This document shows, piece after piece, positions 23,375 to 36,983 of a stretch of 64,000 bases of DNA (its first letter is position 1; every line of letters begins with the position of its first letter). Under the pieces are notes generated by a model. It had not been told where the DNA came from. It did no database searches and saw only the letters and a program-made list of their open reading frames with translations. Where the stretch lies: the NCBI GenBank assembly GCA_024137785.1, contig JAHRHZ010000029.1, forward strand, positions 11,825,812-11,889,811, written 5' to 3'. The stretch comes from Ginglymostoma cirratum. Taxonomy: Eukaryota. Position numbers and translations under genes: made by a program.

Positions 23375-23738
23375 TGTGGGCATTATTAGCAATTAAGCAT
23401 TTGCTGTCCATTGCTAATTGCCCTTGAACTGAGTGGTTTTCTAGACTAATTAAGAGCCAGCCACACTGATGTAAGTCAGGTGTCACATGCAGGGCAGACC
23501 AGGAAAGGACAGTAGATTTCCTACGCCAAATGACAGCGGTGAACCAGATAGGTTTTTACAGCAACGACTGATAGCTTCATAGTCACCATTGTGGAGATTA
23601 GCTTATGATCTCAGATTTATTAATTGAATTAAGAGTCCACCAGGTCCTGTGGTGGAATTTGACCCATGCCTCCAGAGCATTAGCCTGAGCTCTGTGTTCC
23701 TTGTCCAGTGACGTTACCATAATGCTGCCATCTGCCCT
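23375..23738 (-). mobile_element. MetaSINE-like SINE, decayed
   Basis: Homologous to 12588-12932. Confidence 0.7.
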
Positions 23739-25094
23739 GTTATTTGTAAGTCAGTGTAGACTATTACTGCTAATGATGTGTTCCAAAGCAACATCATCTT
23801 AATTAGAACTGGCCCTTTGAGAAGTCAACTGAGGAAGCAATGTTTCTTCCAAAGGATACTAGAAATTTGGAATTCCTCAGCATGAAGGGTGTGGGTGTTA
23901 GATCAATTGATCAGAACTTTGAAGACCGGGATTAGTGGATTATTTTTAGGTTTGGACACAAAGGATGAGAAACAAAGGTCTGTAACAGAATTTGAGGTAC
24001 CAATCAGCCAATAGAATGACCAATATGCTGAAGGGAATGAATCTCCTCCTGTTCTTATGTCCCAAAAGGATCCTCCAGACTCGCTGTTACAATCAACAAT
24101 TACCAGATACGTTTTCTCCTGTGTACAAGGCCCAACAAGTGGAAAAGAACAGAGGAAGCTTTTACCTTGTACATTTGTGGCTATGGAAGGGATAATTTGT
24201 GTAATGGTTGTCAATTTTAAGTAACCATTAACCAATTTGAGGACACTGCATTACTCTATTAGACAGTAAATTGCAATGATATTAGTCTACCCAAAGTGCT
24301 GTTCAGAAAGGAAATAAAATTGTAACCTCTGTATGACTATGATTTTCTGGTTGGGCTCTCAGGCTTGTACATTTGGAAATTGCAACTCAACAGCAATTCA
24401 TTCATTCTAAAAAGAAACAAAGATTATAGGCTGGGACATCCAGTTTCCTGATGTGTTCTTGGATATGTGCCAAATGCCTATATCATAAAATATCAACTAA
24501 CATTCCATCAGAACGCACCATTACACATTTCCAAATGCTTCACCCTGGAACTAGTCCTTAAGTAAGTTCTTGAATTGAAATGGTGGTAAGTGTGTAGCGA
24601 ACTTGTTACTTTTAACTGAAGTGCAGTCGCATTACTTGATCACAACATCATGCCACTTATTGCTTTTTATTATAGACGTTTAAGTAGGGGCTCATAACTG
24701 ATTGGTTAAGACAGAGCATGACAGTTGTGTGCTTTCAACAACTGACTCATCACCAAAGAGAACATGATACCTTGTTGAGAGCTGAACTGCAGTGTGACAC
24801 TGTATTAGGTGGAATATCTGCCATTTTAGCCTTTTCATTACCTTGTTGGAGTAGAACAGCTTTTAAAAATAGTAACCTCTTCTCTCTTCCTGTGACAAGT
24901 AAGTTAAGCTCACTGTGCAAATTAAAGTAGGCTCTTCAAAAGTAAATGCCCTGGAAAAAACAAAAGTGAATATTCCTTTGCAAGAAGAATTAAATTAATT
25001 TAGTAGTTCTTGTCTTACCAGAAGCACTTTCTATTGTTAAAAAGTGCTCTGTTCTTGTACATCCTGTTGATTTAAATGAGAAAATTAGGAATGA

Positions 25095-25470
25095 GAATGT
25101 CATTGGAAAGGCTGTCATTTATTGCTTGTCCTTAGTTGCTCGAGATAGAAGTGATGAATTTGAACTGCTAGTTGTGGTTTGAAAAGCAGACTAGCTTGAT
25201 TGGCCACTTTGTAGTAGTCAATCATGAGTCACATTTGTATAAGATTGGAATCACACAAAATTCAAACCAGTTAAAGACAACTGGTTTCATTCTCTAAAAG
25301 ACACTAGTAAATCAGTTAGGTTGCTAATACAATCCAAGAAATTCATTCTCGCTTCTAATGAATTTATTTCCTGATTTTTTTTTCCCAAATACAGTTCAGA
25401 TTCTCAAGCAGCCATGGTAAAGTTTGAACTCTTGTTTTCTTGGTGAAGATTCTGCATTATTGTTCACTAA
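25095..25470 (-). mobile_element. MetaSINE-like SINE, highly decayed
   Basis: catttattgc..., tctctaaaagacactagtaaatcag correspond to 12588-12932. Confidence 0.5.
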
Positions 25471-25569
25471 CATAAATATTCACTAACATAAGTATTCATA
25501 TACAAAGATGGGACTGGGGAAACAATTCAACCTAAACCCATGTGTTTGTTTTTTGACATTCTGATATGA

Positions 25570-26020
25570 GAATTGTCTTATGAGGAAAGATCGAACAGAC
25601 CAGATTTATTTTCACTGGAGTTTGGAAGAGCAAGGGGTGACTTGATTTCACCTTATAAAATCCCGAATGGTCTTCACAAGGTGGATGTCAAAAGGATGTT
25701 TACTCTACTAGGTGAATCCAGAACTAGGGGACACAGCTTAAAAGTGAGGTATTGCCCTTCAGGAGAGAAATGAAAGGGAATTTTTTTCTCTGAGGGCTGT
25801 TGCAAAATTAGAATTCTGCCTGAGAAGGCAGAAGAAGTGGTGTCATTAAATATTTTTAAGGTGAAATGGATAGATCTGTGTGAGGCAAGATCTTCAAAGG
25901 TTGTCAGAGTTTGATGGGAGTCTGGATTTCGGAATACAAATAGACCTGCCAAATTCATCTTGAATGATAGAAAGGGCTTGAAAAGTCAATGGCCTCCTTC
26001 TGCCTCAAGTTTGTATATTC
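25570..26020 (+). mobile_element. CR1 LINE 3' end
   Basis: SYEER...LFSLEF.R.RGDLI..YKI..G...GESRTRGHSLK (ORF 25573-25773). Confidence 0.85.
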
Positions 26021-26090
26021 CTTTGAGAGTTGGAGAAAGGACAGCCTCCCCTGCAGACTCTTATGTCCATTGATATTGATTGCAGGGCCC

Positions 26091-26317
26091 TGAAATAACT
26101 GCATAGAGGCCAGTATCTCATCACCAAGTCACCCTTTATTTACTTGTGCACAGTACACTCACTGTGACCAGCCAGCTCAGAGTCAACCACCTGCACTGAG
26201 AAGATTCTAAATCTCCTGGTTATATTGGTCGGCTAGGGCTCTTCTGATTGGCCCATGTTGACAACCTCAATCAAGGATCCCGTAATGAACAAGATCCAGC
26301 TGGTTCCAATCACTGCA
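26091..26317 (-). mobile_element. Short solo LTR (227 bp)
   Basis: TG...CA ends with near-TSD ggccc/ggcct; the minus strand carries CCAAT, a TATA-like site and AATAAA in promoter-then-polyA order. Confidence 0.7.
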
Positions 26318-27009
26318 GGCCTCCACTCCTACCCGAGGAGAAAAGCTGGGGAGCTGCTGTCATCCATGCCACGTGAACTGGGGCTGAGATAAACTCACTA
26401 GCGACTGCCTGAGGCACTTACATGGTCAAAAATTAGCCACTTAAAGGCCTCAATTGACATCAGGCCATGACGGTCAACTATGTGTCTTCCCATTCAGAAC
26501 ACCTTGCCTCATTAAGTTCCCTTCCAGCCTTCAAGCATGTCATGACTAGGAGCAGAAGATTTGTTCCAGTGGCTGGTACAAGGATGGGAGAATTGCAAAG
26601 ACAGCTGTGCACCAGAATCAGGATGTACAACTTAAAACAGTCCAAATTATGGATCATTTTCCTGGATCCAGATTGTGTCTATCAAGCAGCTGAATATTTT
26701 TCTTGTTGAAATAACAGGCTGCTGTGAAAGTCTACTGAGATACCATTATTAGGAATGGATGAAATTGCAACCTAAAGTATTGGCAATTTTGTCACTCCAT
26801 TGAAGCTGAATGATTGAGGATAAGAAATGAACGTTGAATATCATGACTGAGCATCTGTAATATTTGGAGTAATCATTTAAAGGAAGAATTAACTCTTACT
26901 CTTTTATGTTCTTTTGGATCACTATCTGTGTGCAGAAAATTACCAGCAAAATAACATCCGATCACATTCCCAATATTATTAAGCAGGGTGCTTTAACATA
27001 ATACAATAC

Positions 27010-27415
27010 AATATATTTCAAGATAGCACAGGAATAGGCCCTTCAGCCCATCAAACCTGCGCCAATTCTAATCCCTGTTTAGACCTGCTTCTTATTGCCT
27101 GCACGCAGTATCAATCCCTCTGTTCGCCTCCCATTCACGTGTCTATCAAGATATGCCTTAAACTTTACGAATGTGCCTGTTTCCACCACCTCCACTGGCA
27201 GTGTGTTCCAGGCACCCACTGCCCTCTGTCTGAAAAATTTTCCCTGTTCTTCTCCCTTAAACTTTCCCCCCTCACCTTGAACCTACGCCGTCTTGTAGTT
27301 GATCTTTCAGGGAAAAAGCCTCTAACTGTTCACCCTATCAATGCCTGTCATAATTTTGCAGACCTCTATCAGGTTGCTCTTCAGCCTCCATCGTTCCAGT
27401 GAAAACAATCCGTGT
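27010..27415 (-). mobile_element. CR1 LINE 3' end
   Basis: Minus strand reads like SLERWRLKSNLIEVCKIM.GIDRV...WNTLP.EVVE. Confidence 0.8.
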
Positions 27416-27939
27416 TTAACATGGTGGGCAGACAGTCCTCAAAATGGGGAATCTGTCCACCGTATTCAAAGTGGTAATTAAAGAAGCTATGAAACTCACT
27501 ATAATTTCAACGGATTGGAATGAAACATCTGAAATAATGCAGCCAGTGGATGAGTAAAAGGCCAGTAGAGTAACTTGATTTTTAATGATTTTGTTTGTCA
27601 GGACAGATTTAAATGCAGCAGCTGGAATCAGTGACAGACCCTGGTCTTTCAGATGGTAGATGTCAGTAGTTCCGATTGGAGGTTTAGCATTTGTTTAAAC
27701 TTATGAGGATTAGATACCCGAACATTGCAGGTACATTGTGTAAATGGTGCCTCATCTGCACTGCAGCCCATGTGTTTGTAGAAAAATGAGGATGGAGACA
27801 ACTTCCAGTGAGGGAGAGGAGTGAGAGAATGAAAGGAGAGAACAAAGGGCGGAAGCTCAGGTACAAAACCCACCCAAAATGATAGCGGTTTCTCCAACTG
27901 CACAGGGTGAAGAAGCTGCAGAGAGCTGGACCCTCTCGG

Positions 27940-28800
27940 GTCTCAGAGGTGTTACATGACCAACCGAATTTACAGTTTCAGAATGACTTATATGTGAATA
28001 TCTGAGGCACAATGCAATAGGACTCTCAGGCTCTTTCGATCCATAGTAACATTGTTTTGTGCCACACTGACTGGGAAAGTAGTCTCCAACTGCATGGGTG
28101 AACATCCAGCACCAGTGGCTCTAAAGGTGACCATGGCCTTGATTTTTTTTATGCGCGCACATACAAGTGGTGGCCTATGGGAAATCATCCAGCCTGCAGC
28201 CCATCGTTACATTAACGGTTTTACAGATGCAATGTTCCAATCAGCTCAACAATATATAGAGCTTACAACAGACCCTAATGACCTATTGGAAACTGCCATT
28301 GGGTTTGTCACAGTAGCAGGCTTCCCAAGGATTTAGGTTATCATTGGCCAAATGCATGTCACCAGCAAGGCACCAGCTGGCGAGCCCTGCATAATCATCA
28401 GTAGAAATGGTGTCCATTTGTATGAGACAACCAGCAAATTCTGCAGGTATATGTCAAGTACATGGACAGGAGCCACAACTCATACGTCTTGAGGATCTGA
28501 CAGGTGCCAGGTAGATTTTCTGGACTTGATGCTTTGGAAAAATCTTTGTCAGGGCAAAGGTCTATCTCAAAAAAATGTCAGGGTACCTCGAACTGAAGCT
28601 AAGTAAAGGTGCAATGTCAGCCATGGTTCAATGTGCAGTACTATCAAACAGACTATGGGTCTGGTTTGGTGCTTTGGTGCAGAGGAGCTCTACAATATGC
28701 TCCAGCCAGCATACTCCTGCTGTAGTGTGTGCTGTGCTCTGTTGTTAAGAGGGGATGCCTTGGAGAAAGACCGGGTGCACAACAAGATTGAATCCTCTGA
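27940..28800 (+). pseudogene. PIF/Harbinger (HARBI1-like) DDE transposase fossil
   Basis: ORF 28052-28336 PVALKVTMALIFF..QPAAHRYI..TDAMF..GFVTVAGFPRI, continuing past a stop as VIIGQMHVTSKAP..SRNGVH..ILQVYVKY..SHNSYVLR: a degenerate GFP..G.IDGTH..NRKG.HS..GS.HD pattern. Confidence 0.78.
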
Positions 28801-30934
28801 TAAAGATCTCCACTGCGGACATGGACAGACCAGCTCATATAGGGAGGAATGCACTATCCTACAAGGGAGCTTCTTGCTGGTGGTGAGACTCACAAGCCAT
28901 TAATTATTTCAGAGGTTTCAATAGGATATACAGTGTATCACTCTCAGTAGCCTGCAATCAATGTTCAATCCTGCATTACATCTTCCCTGGAATATAATAC
29001 TACGATTGCTCATCATAATGTCATAGCCATCCATCACCCCGATTTCATCTTGATTCACCAACTCACAACAAACCTCATGGACATTATCTGCCTTCTCTTT
29101 ATCGAAATATAAATAAACTACTGAACCCTGTCAATAAAACAGATCAAGGTGAAGCATCAGCAGAGAATGAGCCAAGGACCACCTTTTGGGTGCAGAGTAT
29201 ATGCAATGAAATAAGACTAGCATTTTGCCTGCAGTGAGTTTCCTGGGCCTGTTCACAAGTCCACTGATTAGCTGGTTAGATAATGGGAAAGCGGGATGGT
29301 TGTGAAGAGGCCTCCCAAGTTTTAAATGGAGGCAGTAATATCAAGAAGGGTTATTTTTTAGAATGAGCCCTCGATTCTAGCTCCATATGAGCCAGTGCTC
29401 CTAATTGCGGAACCAAGAAAACCTCTTCTAATGTACATAATGGTATGGAAGAAAATAGACATCACCACTTTTTAACGACATGTGACAAGTTCTCTGACCT
29501 ACAAAGATGGGGGTACTGGGGACATGGTGCAGGCAATGCATGAACCTGACATGCACCAACCACCATTTGGTAAAGACCAGACAGTTGGAATCCAGCGTCT
29601 GTGCCTAAACTAAATGTAAAATCCTTTTGCATAAAAAAAACCAAACATCTGCTTGAAGTTCTTATGCAGTATTGTTTTAAGGCCGCAGTGCTGGTAGGAA
29701 CTGCATTTCAACACCTGTTGTGCATCACTACTAGGCTCAACTATCTAGACGTTCATAATCAACCTGTTCAGAAATGCTGTGAAGCACTTCCAGTGTGGGA
29801 TGGACTTGAATTCGGATCCCTGGCCCAAATTCCAGGGTGTTGTGTTCGATGTGCTCGATAGCAGATTATTTCTCTGCAAACTTGCCATGGAAGGTCGTCA
29901 TCCAGTGGGAGTGTCATCAATAATTAGTTCCATGAAGGACACTTGAGTTTTACAGTTTGCACACTTGAAAGCTTTAGAAGCAAACAACGTGCCCTGGTTA
30001 CACTAAAATAACTTAATACAGTGTTAAAAGTTGTGAATCTCTTAGAGGTTAAATTATTTACTACATTCTGAGTATCAACTTTGTCTGAACCTAGTGTGCA
30101 GAAAATAACACATTGTAATCACTCAGAGGAACAACAATTGATCTATAAAGTTTCTGAACTGCTCAACAATGCGCCATTGTCTTATAGTTGCTCCAAACTA
30201 GCTACTGGCTGCATTTTCAGTGGTAAGAAAAGGAATTGTCAATGCTGACTGTCTTTAATCCTCAGAAATCAGCAGGGATATCTGGAATCCACATGTATGC
30301 ACTTAAATGCAGAAATCCAAATCTTGCTGCCAATAATTCTGAGCTTCCCCATAAGATTTTCTGTTTTAGTCTGTAGACAAGTAACAATCGCTGAACGGAC
30401 CACAACTTTTTCTTTCAGTATGATATTACTGTTAAAATGCTGATCCTTCTTATTGAAGCGTAACTGAGTTTTTAAGGACCCCTCTGCCATAACTCTTCTG
30501 ATGAACCCCTCTGATTCCAGAATACCAATTTTATATTTGTGTAATGTTGATCAATTTCAGTTCCTGCTTGTTTTAAACATAATCTTTTATGTTTTTAATT
30601 TTGTTTATCATATTTGAGCTTCTGTGTATATGGCAGTCATTGATTGAGCTCTTTATAAAGTCTATTAAATAAAGGATAATCAGTACCTTTTCATTTCTGG
30701 ATTGCTGTCTATCAGAATACTTCAGTGTGGCTGGCTTTTGATGACATGACTGCATAGAGATCCCTTTGACTAAGTGCCAGATTCAAACTAATTTCCAGAA
30801 AGGTGAAAATTCAAACCCATATTGAAGAGATTGCTATGTTTGTGGGAGACTCATCAAGATCAGCACTGAGGGCCATTGCATCATCAGTAACTGTAAAATT
30901 CAAGTCTTTTTCCATCTAAATTCAGTCGCACTGA

Positions 30935-31268
30935 CGAGGGTGAACAGCCAAGGTCTTTTCCCCAGATTAGGGGAGTCCAAAACTAGAGGGCCCAGGTTTA
31001 AGATGAGAGGAATAAGATTTGAAAGGAACGAGGGGCAACTTTTTCACACAGAGTGTGGTGCGTATATGGAACAAGGTGCCAGAGGAAGTGGTAAAGGCGA
31101 GTACAATTACAGCATTCAAAAGACCATGGACAGGTACATGGATAGGAAAGATTTAGAGGGATATGGACCAAATGCAGGCAGTTGTGACCTGTTCAGTTTA
31201 GGAAACCTGGTCGTCCTGAACGAATTGAGCCAAAGTGTCTGTTTCCATGCTTTCTATGACTCTATTTG
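30935..31268 (+). mobile_element. CR1 LINE 3' end
   Basis: NSQGLFPRLGESKTRG..FK..DRYMDRKDLEGYGPNAG and a ctatgactctat tail. Confidence 0.85.
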
Positions 31269-31739
31269 ACCTGCTTGACCATTTTAAAATAGTTGTTTTT
31301 AGCCTTTGCAATGTGCATCACTATCCAGATGGATCAATGTTCTCGTGCATAGCCCTTTGGCGATATACAAGAGCAGCTAAGATTGACTTGCCATTGGATT
31401 TCATGTCTTTCTATTGCAGAATTATCCAGTCACTGTTCAGTACATCCACTGTAATCACTGGATAAGGCTTAGAACTCAAGAGTACATACCCATGTCCTCC
31501 TACTTTGAGGCTAGTGACACATCACTTCCTCTAGATGCAACATATATATATGTAGGTTCTTTGAAGCCTTTGCCTGGTTCAAAGTAAAAAGGTAGACGTA
31601 AATTTTGTTCGGCATGATCATTTTGGAAACAGCTTTCAAGGCCTATGCTGCAGCAGTTTTATTTTATTGTAATAAAACAAAGGGCTATATTTTACATTCC
31701 CTGCGCCAGCACACTTAAAGGCAGAGATGACATTTAAAT

Positions 31740-32210
31740 CCACATGAATTAGGAGCAGGAGCCCCTTAATACTGCTTCATCATTCAATAACATCATGGCC
31801 AATCTGCTTATTCCATCTTCCTGTCTTCTATTCCTGATAACCTCTTGCTTATCAATAATCTAATTATCTCTGCTTTAACAAAGACTTGGCTTTCATCATC
31901 TTTTGAGGAAGATGATTCCAATGACACTATATGTAAGATTAAAAACCCCTTTTTTTTAAAAAAATGAGTCCTAGCTCTGGATTCTTCCGCAGGAAGAAAA
32001 CGTCTTTTCCACATCCATCCTTTCAGGGCCCCTCAGGATCTTACATGTTCAATCAAGAATCCTCTTACCCTTCTAAACTTAGTGGATACAAGTCTAGATT
32101 GCCCAATATTTCTCCTTATGATAGCCACTCCACTCCAGTTATTCGTCTAAAAAATCTTCTCTGAATTGCTTTCGCTACATTTATATCCTCCCTTAAATAA
32201 GGTGAGCACT
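31740..32210 (-). mobile_element. CR1 LINE 3' end
   Basis: Minus strand SYHKEK..LDLYPL.FRRVRG...ESRAR...FVKAEIIRLL remnants. Confidence 0.7.
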
Positions 32211-32673
32211 GTTCAGGTGGATGGTCTGCTGCTCACCCCTGACCTGCCTGAAATTTTACAAAGAAAGGGGAGACACAATAATGCCTCACCTGTTCCTGGG
32301 TCTATTATTGGCTTTCTTTACTGTATGTAGAGAGAGGCCCATGCCAGGCTGGAAGCTAAGCAGCTTTAGCTGTCAGGCTGACGTTGGGCAAGGCATTGGG
32401 AAGGGTGGTGGAGGGGGGCCACTTTGCAGGGCTCCAGAACTCATTCAGTACCGCCCTCTGCATACCTCCACCCCCCCCCACCCCACCCATTGTTATCCCA
32501 CCTCTATGACCCACCCCTCTGACCTCTTAGATCTCATACCCATCTGCCTGGGAGCTATGATGGTAATACAATATGGGTAGGGTATATTGGGGATTCTTTG
32601 GATGGAGGGTGCCAAGGATCCCAGTGGTGGGGCTTTCATAGCTATAAAGAATGTAGGAGTTGTCAGAGATCTA

Positions 32674-32977
32674 GGGCAGCATGGTGGCTCAGTGGTTAGC
32701 ACTGCCTCAGGTGACTGTGTGGTGTTTGCATGTTCTCTCCATGTCTTCTTGGGTTTCCTGCAGGTGCTCTGGTTTCCTCCCACATTTCCAAAGATGTGCA
32801 GGTAAAGTTGATTGGCTGAGTTCAATTTCCCATAGTGTCCAGGGATGTGCAGGCTAGATTAGTCATGGGAATTGCAGGGTTATGGGGTCTGGGTCTGGGC
32901 GGGATGCTTTTTGAAGGGTCAGTGTGGAGTCGACGAGTGAATGGCCTGATTCCATACTGTAGGGATTCTATGATTCA
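32674..32977 (+). mobile_element. HE1-like V-SINE
   Basis: ggcagcatggtggctcagtggttagcactgcctc head, V-domain gggtttcct..ggtgctctggtttcctcccaca, CR1-type tail. Confidence 0.85.
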
Positions 32978-34574
32978 ATGGGGTTATAGCTGTTAGGGAT
33001 TGCTGGAGAGAATTGGAGATTGATACAGAGTTTCTGAGATCACTGGGTGGCAGGAATCAGAGATCATAGGAGAGACACTGTTGTTGAATTTTGCAAGATG
33101 TTTGTGTAAGTATAGATTGACCAAAAGAACTGGTGAACTCTCCTTTCATGTATCAACTGACATAAGTTACTGTTGTATTGTTGATGAATTTCAGAAAGGC
33201 ATGACTAGTAAATCCATTAGGACTCATCAGTTGTGGTAATGCAGCCATAATGTGTTCATTTTCAGATGCTGCAAAATGTAAGTGCCTTAAGCTCACAGAA
33301 GTACATGTAAGGAAAGTGCTGAGAATTTTTTTCCTTCAGTACCTTTCCCCTCATCCCCATAGCAATGAATTCGAATGAAAGATTGAAACTGCTGCTGCAC
33401 TGGTCATGGTGGTTAACAAATTGTTTGCTTCCAGCCCATGATCATGCATCCAAGACGGTGTTGTTTTGGGAAATGTGATTCCCACACATGGCTGGAGTGG
33501 CACAGTCAAATATTTACCCTCACATGTTAAGATGTTGTCTGAGAACCACCTGAAACACATTTAAGTTCTTTTTTAAAAATCCAGACGCAGAAATTTATAA
33601 TGAATGTCTTCCTGTTAGTGGGAAGATTCAGAAGATTTAGGAAGAGAGCTGAAGAGTTTGAGAAATAGTGGAACAATTTATTTTAATCATGCTGCACTTG
33701 AACTCTATCTTCTTACTCCAATAGTAGCTATTGCAAAAAACAGTGAAAGCAAGACATTGTTACATTGTTTATTATATAACCATTCTTTTAATTTTGTTTC
33801 TTCCTTTTTGCCTCTCTTTTGGTTATTCGTAAAGTTATCATATCAGCTGATATTTCCAAAAAGGGAATTATTGTTGGAATGGAAATAATGTTTGCTGAGA
33901 AGAGAAAGCTACCAGTTTTATTTCTTCTTCATTCATGTCAAAATTGCTAAATTTGTGATGGTATTCTGCTCATATTATTAAGAAATCCCTACACATGCAT
34001 TTTGGTAACCGGGTAGGAAGTACTGCTTTTGAGTTTCGCAATACTGGTAAGTGGATGCATTGATGGAATTTTCCAAGCCCTTGGAGGTGGTGAGGTTGGA
34101 AAAATGAGAAAAACAATCAGATGGGCCAACACTACTCTAGGTAATTACCTTCTTTTGCTGGGAGCTCGGGGTTCCTTTGTAGGTGCATTCATCTTGTCTC
34201 ATTGTATTGAACTGCTGTTTTGGCAGCAGAATTGATATTCAGTGTTTTCACCTCAATGCGATTGATATTATGATATTATACGTGTGTCATTCTGGAAGTC
34301 AACACAACCTGGTCACACAGCTTTCACTTGCCTCCTGTCCCTCACCCCCTCCCATGTTCTTTCCCATGGGGTGGTCTAGGTTTCATGCCAACAACACATT
34401 TATCCATGATAAGAAGTAAATTGAGTTAACTCTAGAATCAGTTAGTGGACATTTTTGAAAGGTGTTTCTGTCATAGAATCAGAGAGTCACACTCACTCAT
34501 TCATACAGGAGAGATCAGAATGGGAGGGAGGAGGACTCTAAGATTAATTTCCTTTGATAGTTTAATTTGAAAAA

Positions 34575-34670
34575 CAAAATTGCCAGAAGAAGTGGTGCAA
34601 TATTTAAAAGGTGTCTGGATGGGTATATGGAAAGGAAGGATTTAGAGGAATATGGGCTGAAAAAAGTCAT
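34575..34670 (+). mobile_element. Small CR1 3' fragment, tail-to-tail with the next CR1
   Basis: tttaaaaggtgtctggatgggtatatggaaaggaaggatttagaggaatatggg. Confidence 0.6.
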
Positions 34671-34684
34671 AGATAGATAGGTAG

Positions 34685-36983
34685 ATAGAATCACAGAATC
34701 ATACAGCACGGAAACAGATCCTTTAGTCCAACTCACTTATTCTGACCAAGTTTCCCAAACTTTACTAGTTCCACTTATGTGCATTTGGCCCATATCTCTC
34801 TCAACCTTTCCTATTCACGTAACTGTGCAAATATCTTTCAAATGTTGTAACTAGAACTGCATCTACCACTTCATCTGGCAGTTCACTCCACATATGTATC
34901 ACCCTCTGTAAGAAAATGTTACCCCTCAGATCTCTTTTAAATCTTTCTCATCTCTCGCCTTAAAAACATGCCCCCTAGCTTTGAATTCCCCCATCCTTGG
35001 GAAAAGGCCTTTGCTATTCACTTCGTCTATGCCTCTCATGATTTTATAAATCTCTGTAGGTTCACCCTGCAACCTACATTCCAGTGAAAAAGTCCCAGCC
35101 TCTCCTTATAATACAAGCCCTCCAGTCATGGCAACATCTTGGTAAATCTTTTCTGAACCTTCTCCAATTTAATAATATCCTTCCTATAGCAGGGAGACCA
35201 GAACTGTTCACAGTACTCCAAATGTTCCTGTATCATACCATCAAAATTTGCCTTACTCCAATTAAGGACTTTAACTTTTATACAAGGCTTATCCTTTTCC
35301 ATAAATTTTTTAAACTAATAGAATAATGATCACTGGTTCCAAAGTGCTTGCTCACTAACATTTCAGTCACTTATCCTGCCTTATTTCCAAAGGAAAGGTC
35401 AAATTTTGCTCCTTCTCTCATCGGTACACCTACATATTGATAAAGAAAATTTTCTTGAACACATTTAACAAATGCCTCACCATCTAACCCTTAACACTAT
35501 GGCAGTCCCCGTCCATGTTTGGAACGTTAACATCTCCTACTATTACAACTCTGTTATTCTTATATATATCTGAGATCTCTCTACATATTTGTTCCATAAT
35601 TTCCTCTGATTATTGAGGGGTATGTAGAACAATCCGTTGAGGTGATCGTCCCCTTTTTTTCTGAGTTCCACTCATATAGTTTCACTGGACGATCCCTCTG
35701 AAATATCCTCTCTGAGTACAGCAGTAATGCTTTCCTTAATCAAAAATGCCACTCTCCTTCCACTGTTGTCCCCCTTTGTATCCTTTCAAAGTGTCTATAC
35801 CCTAGAATATTAAGCTGCCAGTCCTGTCCCTCCCTCAGCCATGTTTCTGTTATAGCTATGATATCCCAGTCCCATGTTGCCATACATGCTCTGAGTTCAT
35901 CTACCTTACCTTTAAGACCCCTTGCATTGAAATAAATGCAGTTTAATTCTTCAGAGTTGCCTCATTCTTTGTCTTGCTCTTACCTGCCTTTTCTAGTTAA
36001 CTTGCTCTTTTTTAATTCAGAACCATCCTCACTCATCTTTCTACCCTCACTACTACTTAGGATCCCCTCACTCCCCCTCCCAATTAGTGTAAAAGCTCCG
36101 GAATAGCACTAGCAAATCCCCCTGCTATTAGTCTCCTTCCAATTCATGTAACAACCATCCCATTTGAACAGGTCTTTTCTGCCCCAGAAGAGATCCCAAT
36201 GACTCAAAAATCTGAATCCTCACTCACTGCACCATCTCCTCAGCCATTGATTTATCTGCCTTATCTTCTTATTACTACTGGCACATGGCACCAGAAGTAA
36301 TCCAAAGACCTTTGAGGTTCTGCTCTTTAACCTTCCACCTAACTTCCTATATTCACTCTGCAGAGCCTCAACCTTTTCCCTAATTATGCCATTCTTACCA
36401 ATGTGTACAATAACTTCCGGCTTCTCACCCTCCCCTTTGACAATATGCTGCAACCAGTTTGAGGCATCCCTGACCCTCGGACCAGCGAGGCAACATACCA
36501 TCTTGAATTCACAATCTCAGCTGCAGAATATCCTGTCTGTGCCCCTGACAGGAGAGCCCCCTATAACAATTACTCGTTTGAACCTTTACAAACCCCACTT
36601 AACATAAGATTTATTTTTGGTGCCCAAGATCAGGCTGCCACTCCTCTGAGAGACTATCCCCATCAACAGTAGCCAAAACAGTATATCTGTTTGAGAGAAG
36701 AAAAGCCACAGGAAACTCCTGAACTACCTTCCTGCCTCTCCTGACAGTCACTCAACAGTCTGACTGAACCTGTGGTGTAAAAGCCTCTCTAAACCAACAG
36801 CCATCACACACTGTGCCTCCCATCTGCTTCCTAGTGACACTAACCGCCTCTCCAGCCAATCAAATGGTCTGATATGCGACAGATCCAAACACACCTCCTG
36901 CAGACATAGTCTCCAGGGACAGTCAACTGTTCCCTAATCTGTCACATTCAACAGGAAGAGCATATCACTCCATTGGCTGCCAT
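34685..36983 (-). mobile_element. CR1 LINE with ORF1 (zinc finger + SGNH esterase), APE endonuclease and 3' end; RT core deleted
   Basis: ATG at 36983: MAANGVICSSC..DYVCRRC. Esterase VCCLAGPRVRD..GEGEKPEVIVHIG (36220-36501). APE CIYFNARGL.GK.DELR..WDWDIIAITETWL (~35800-35940). Then a jump at ~35230 to HLEYC.QFWSPCYRKD and the 3' tail. Confidence 0.88.
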
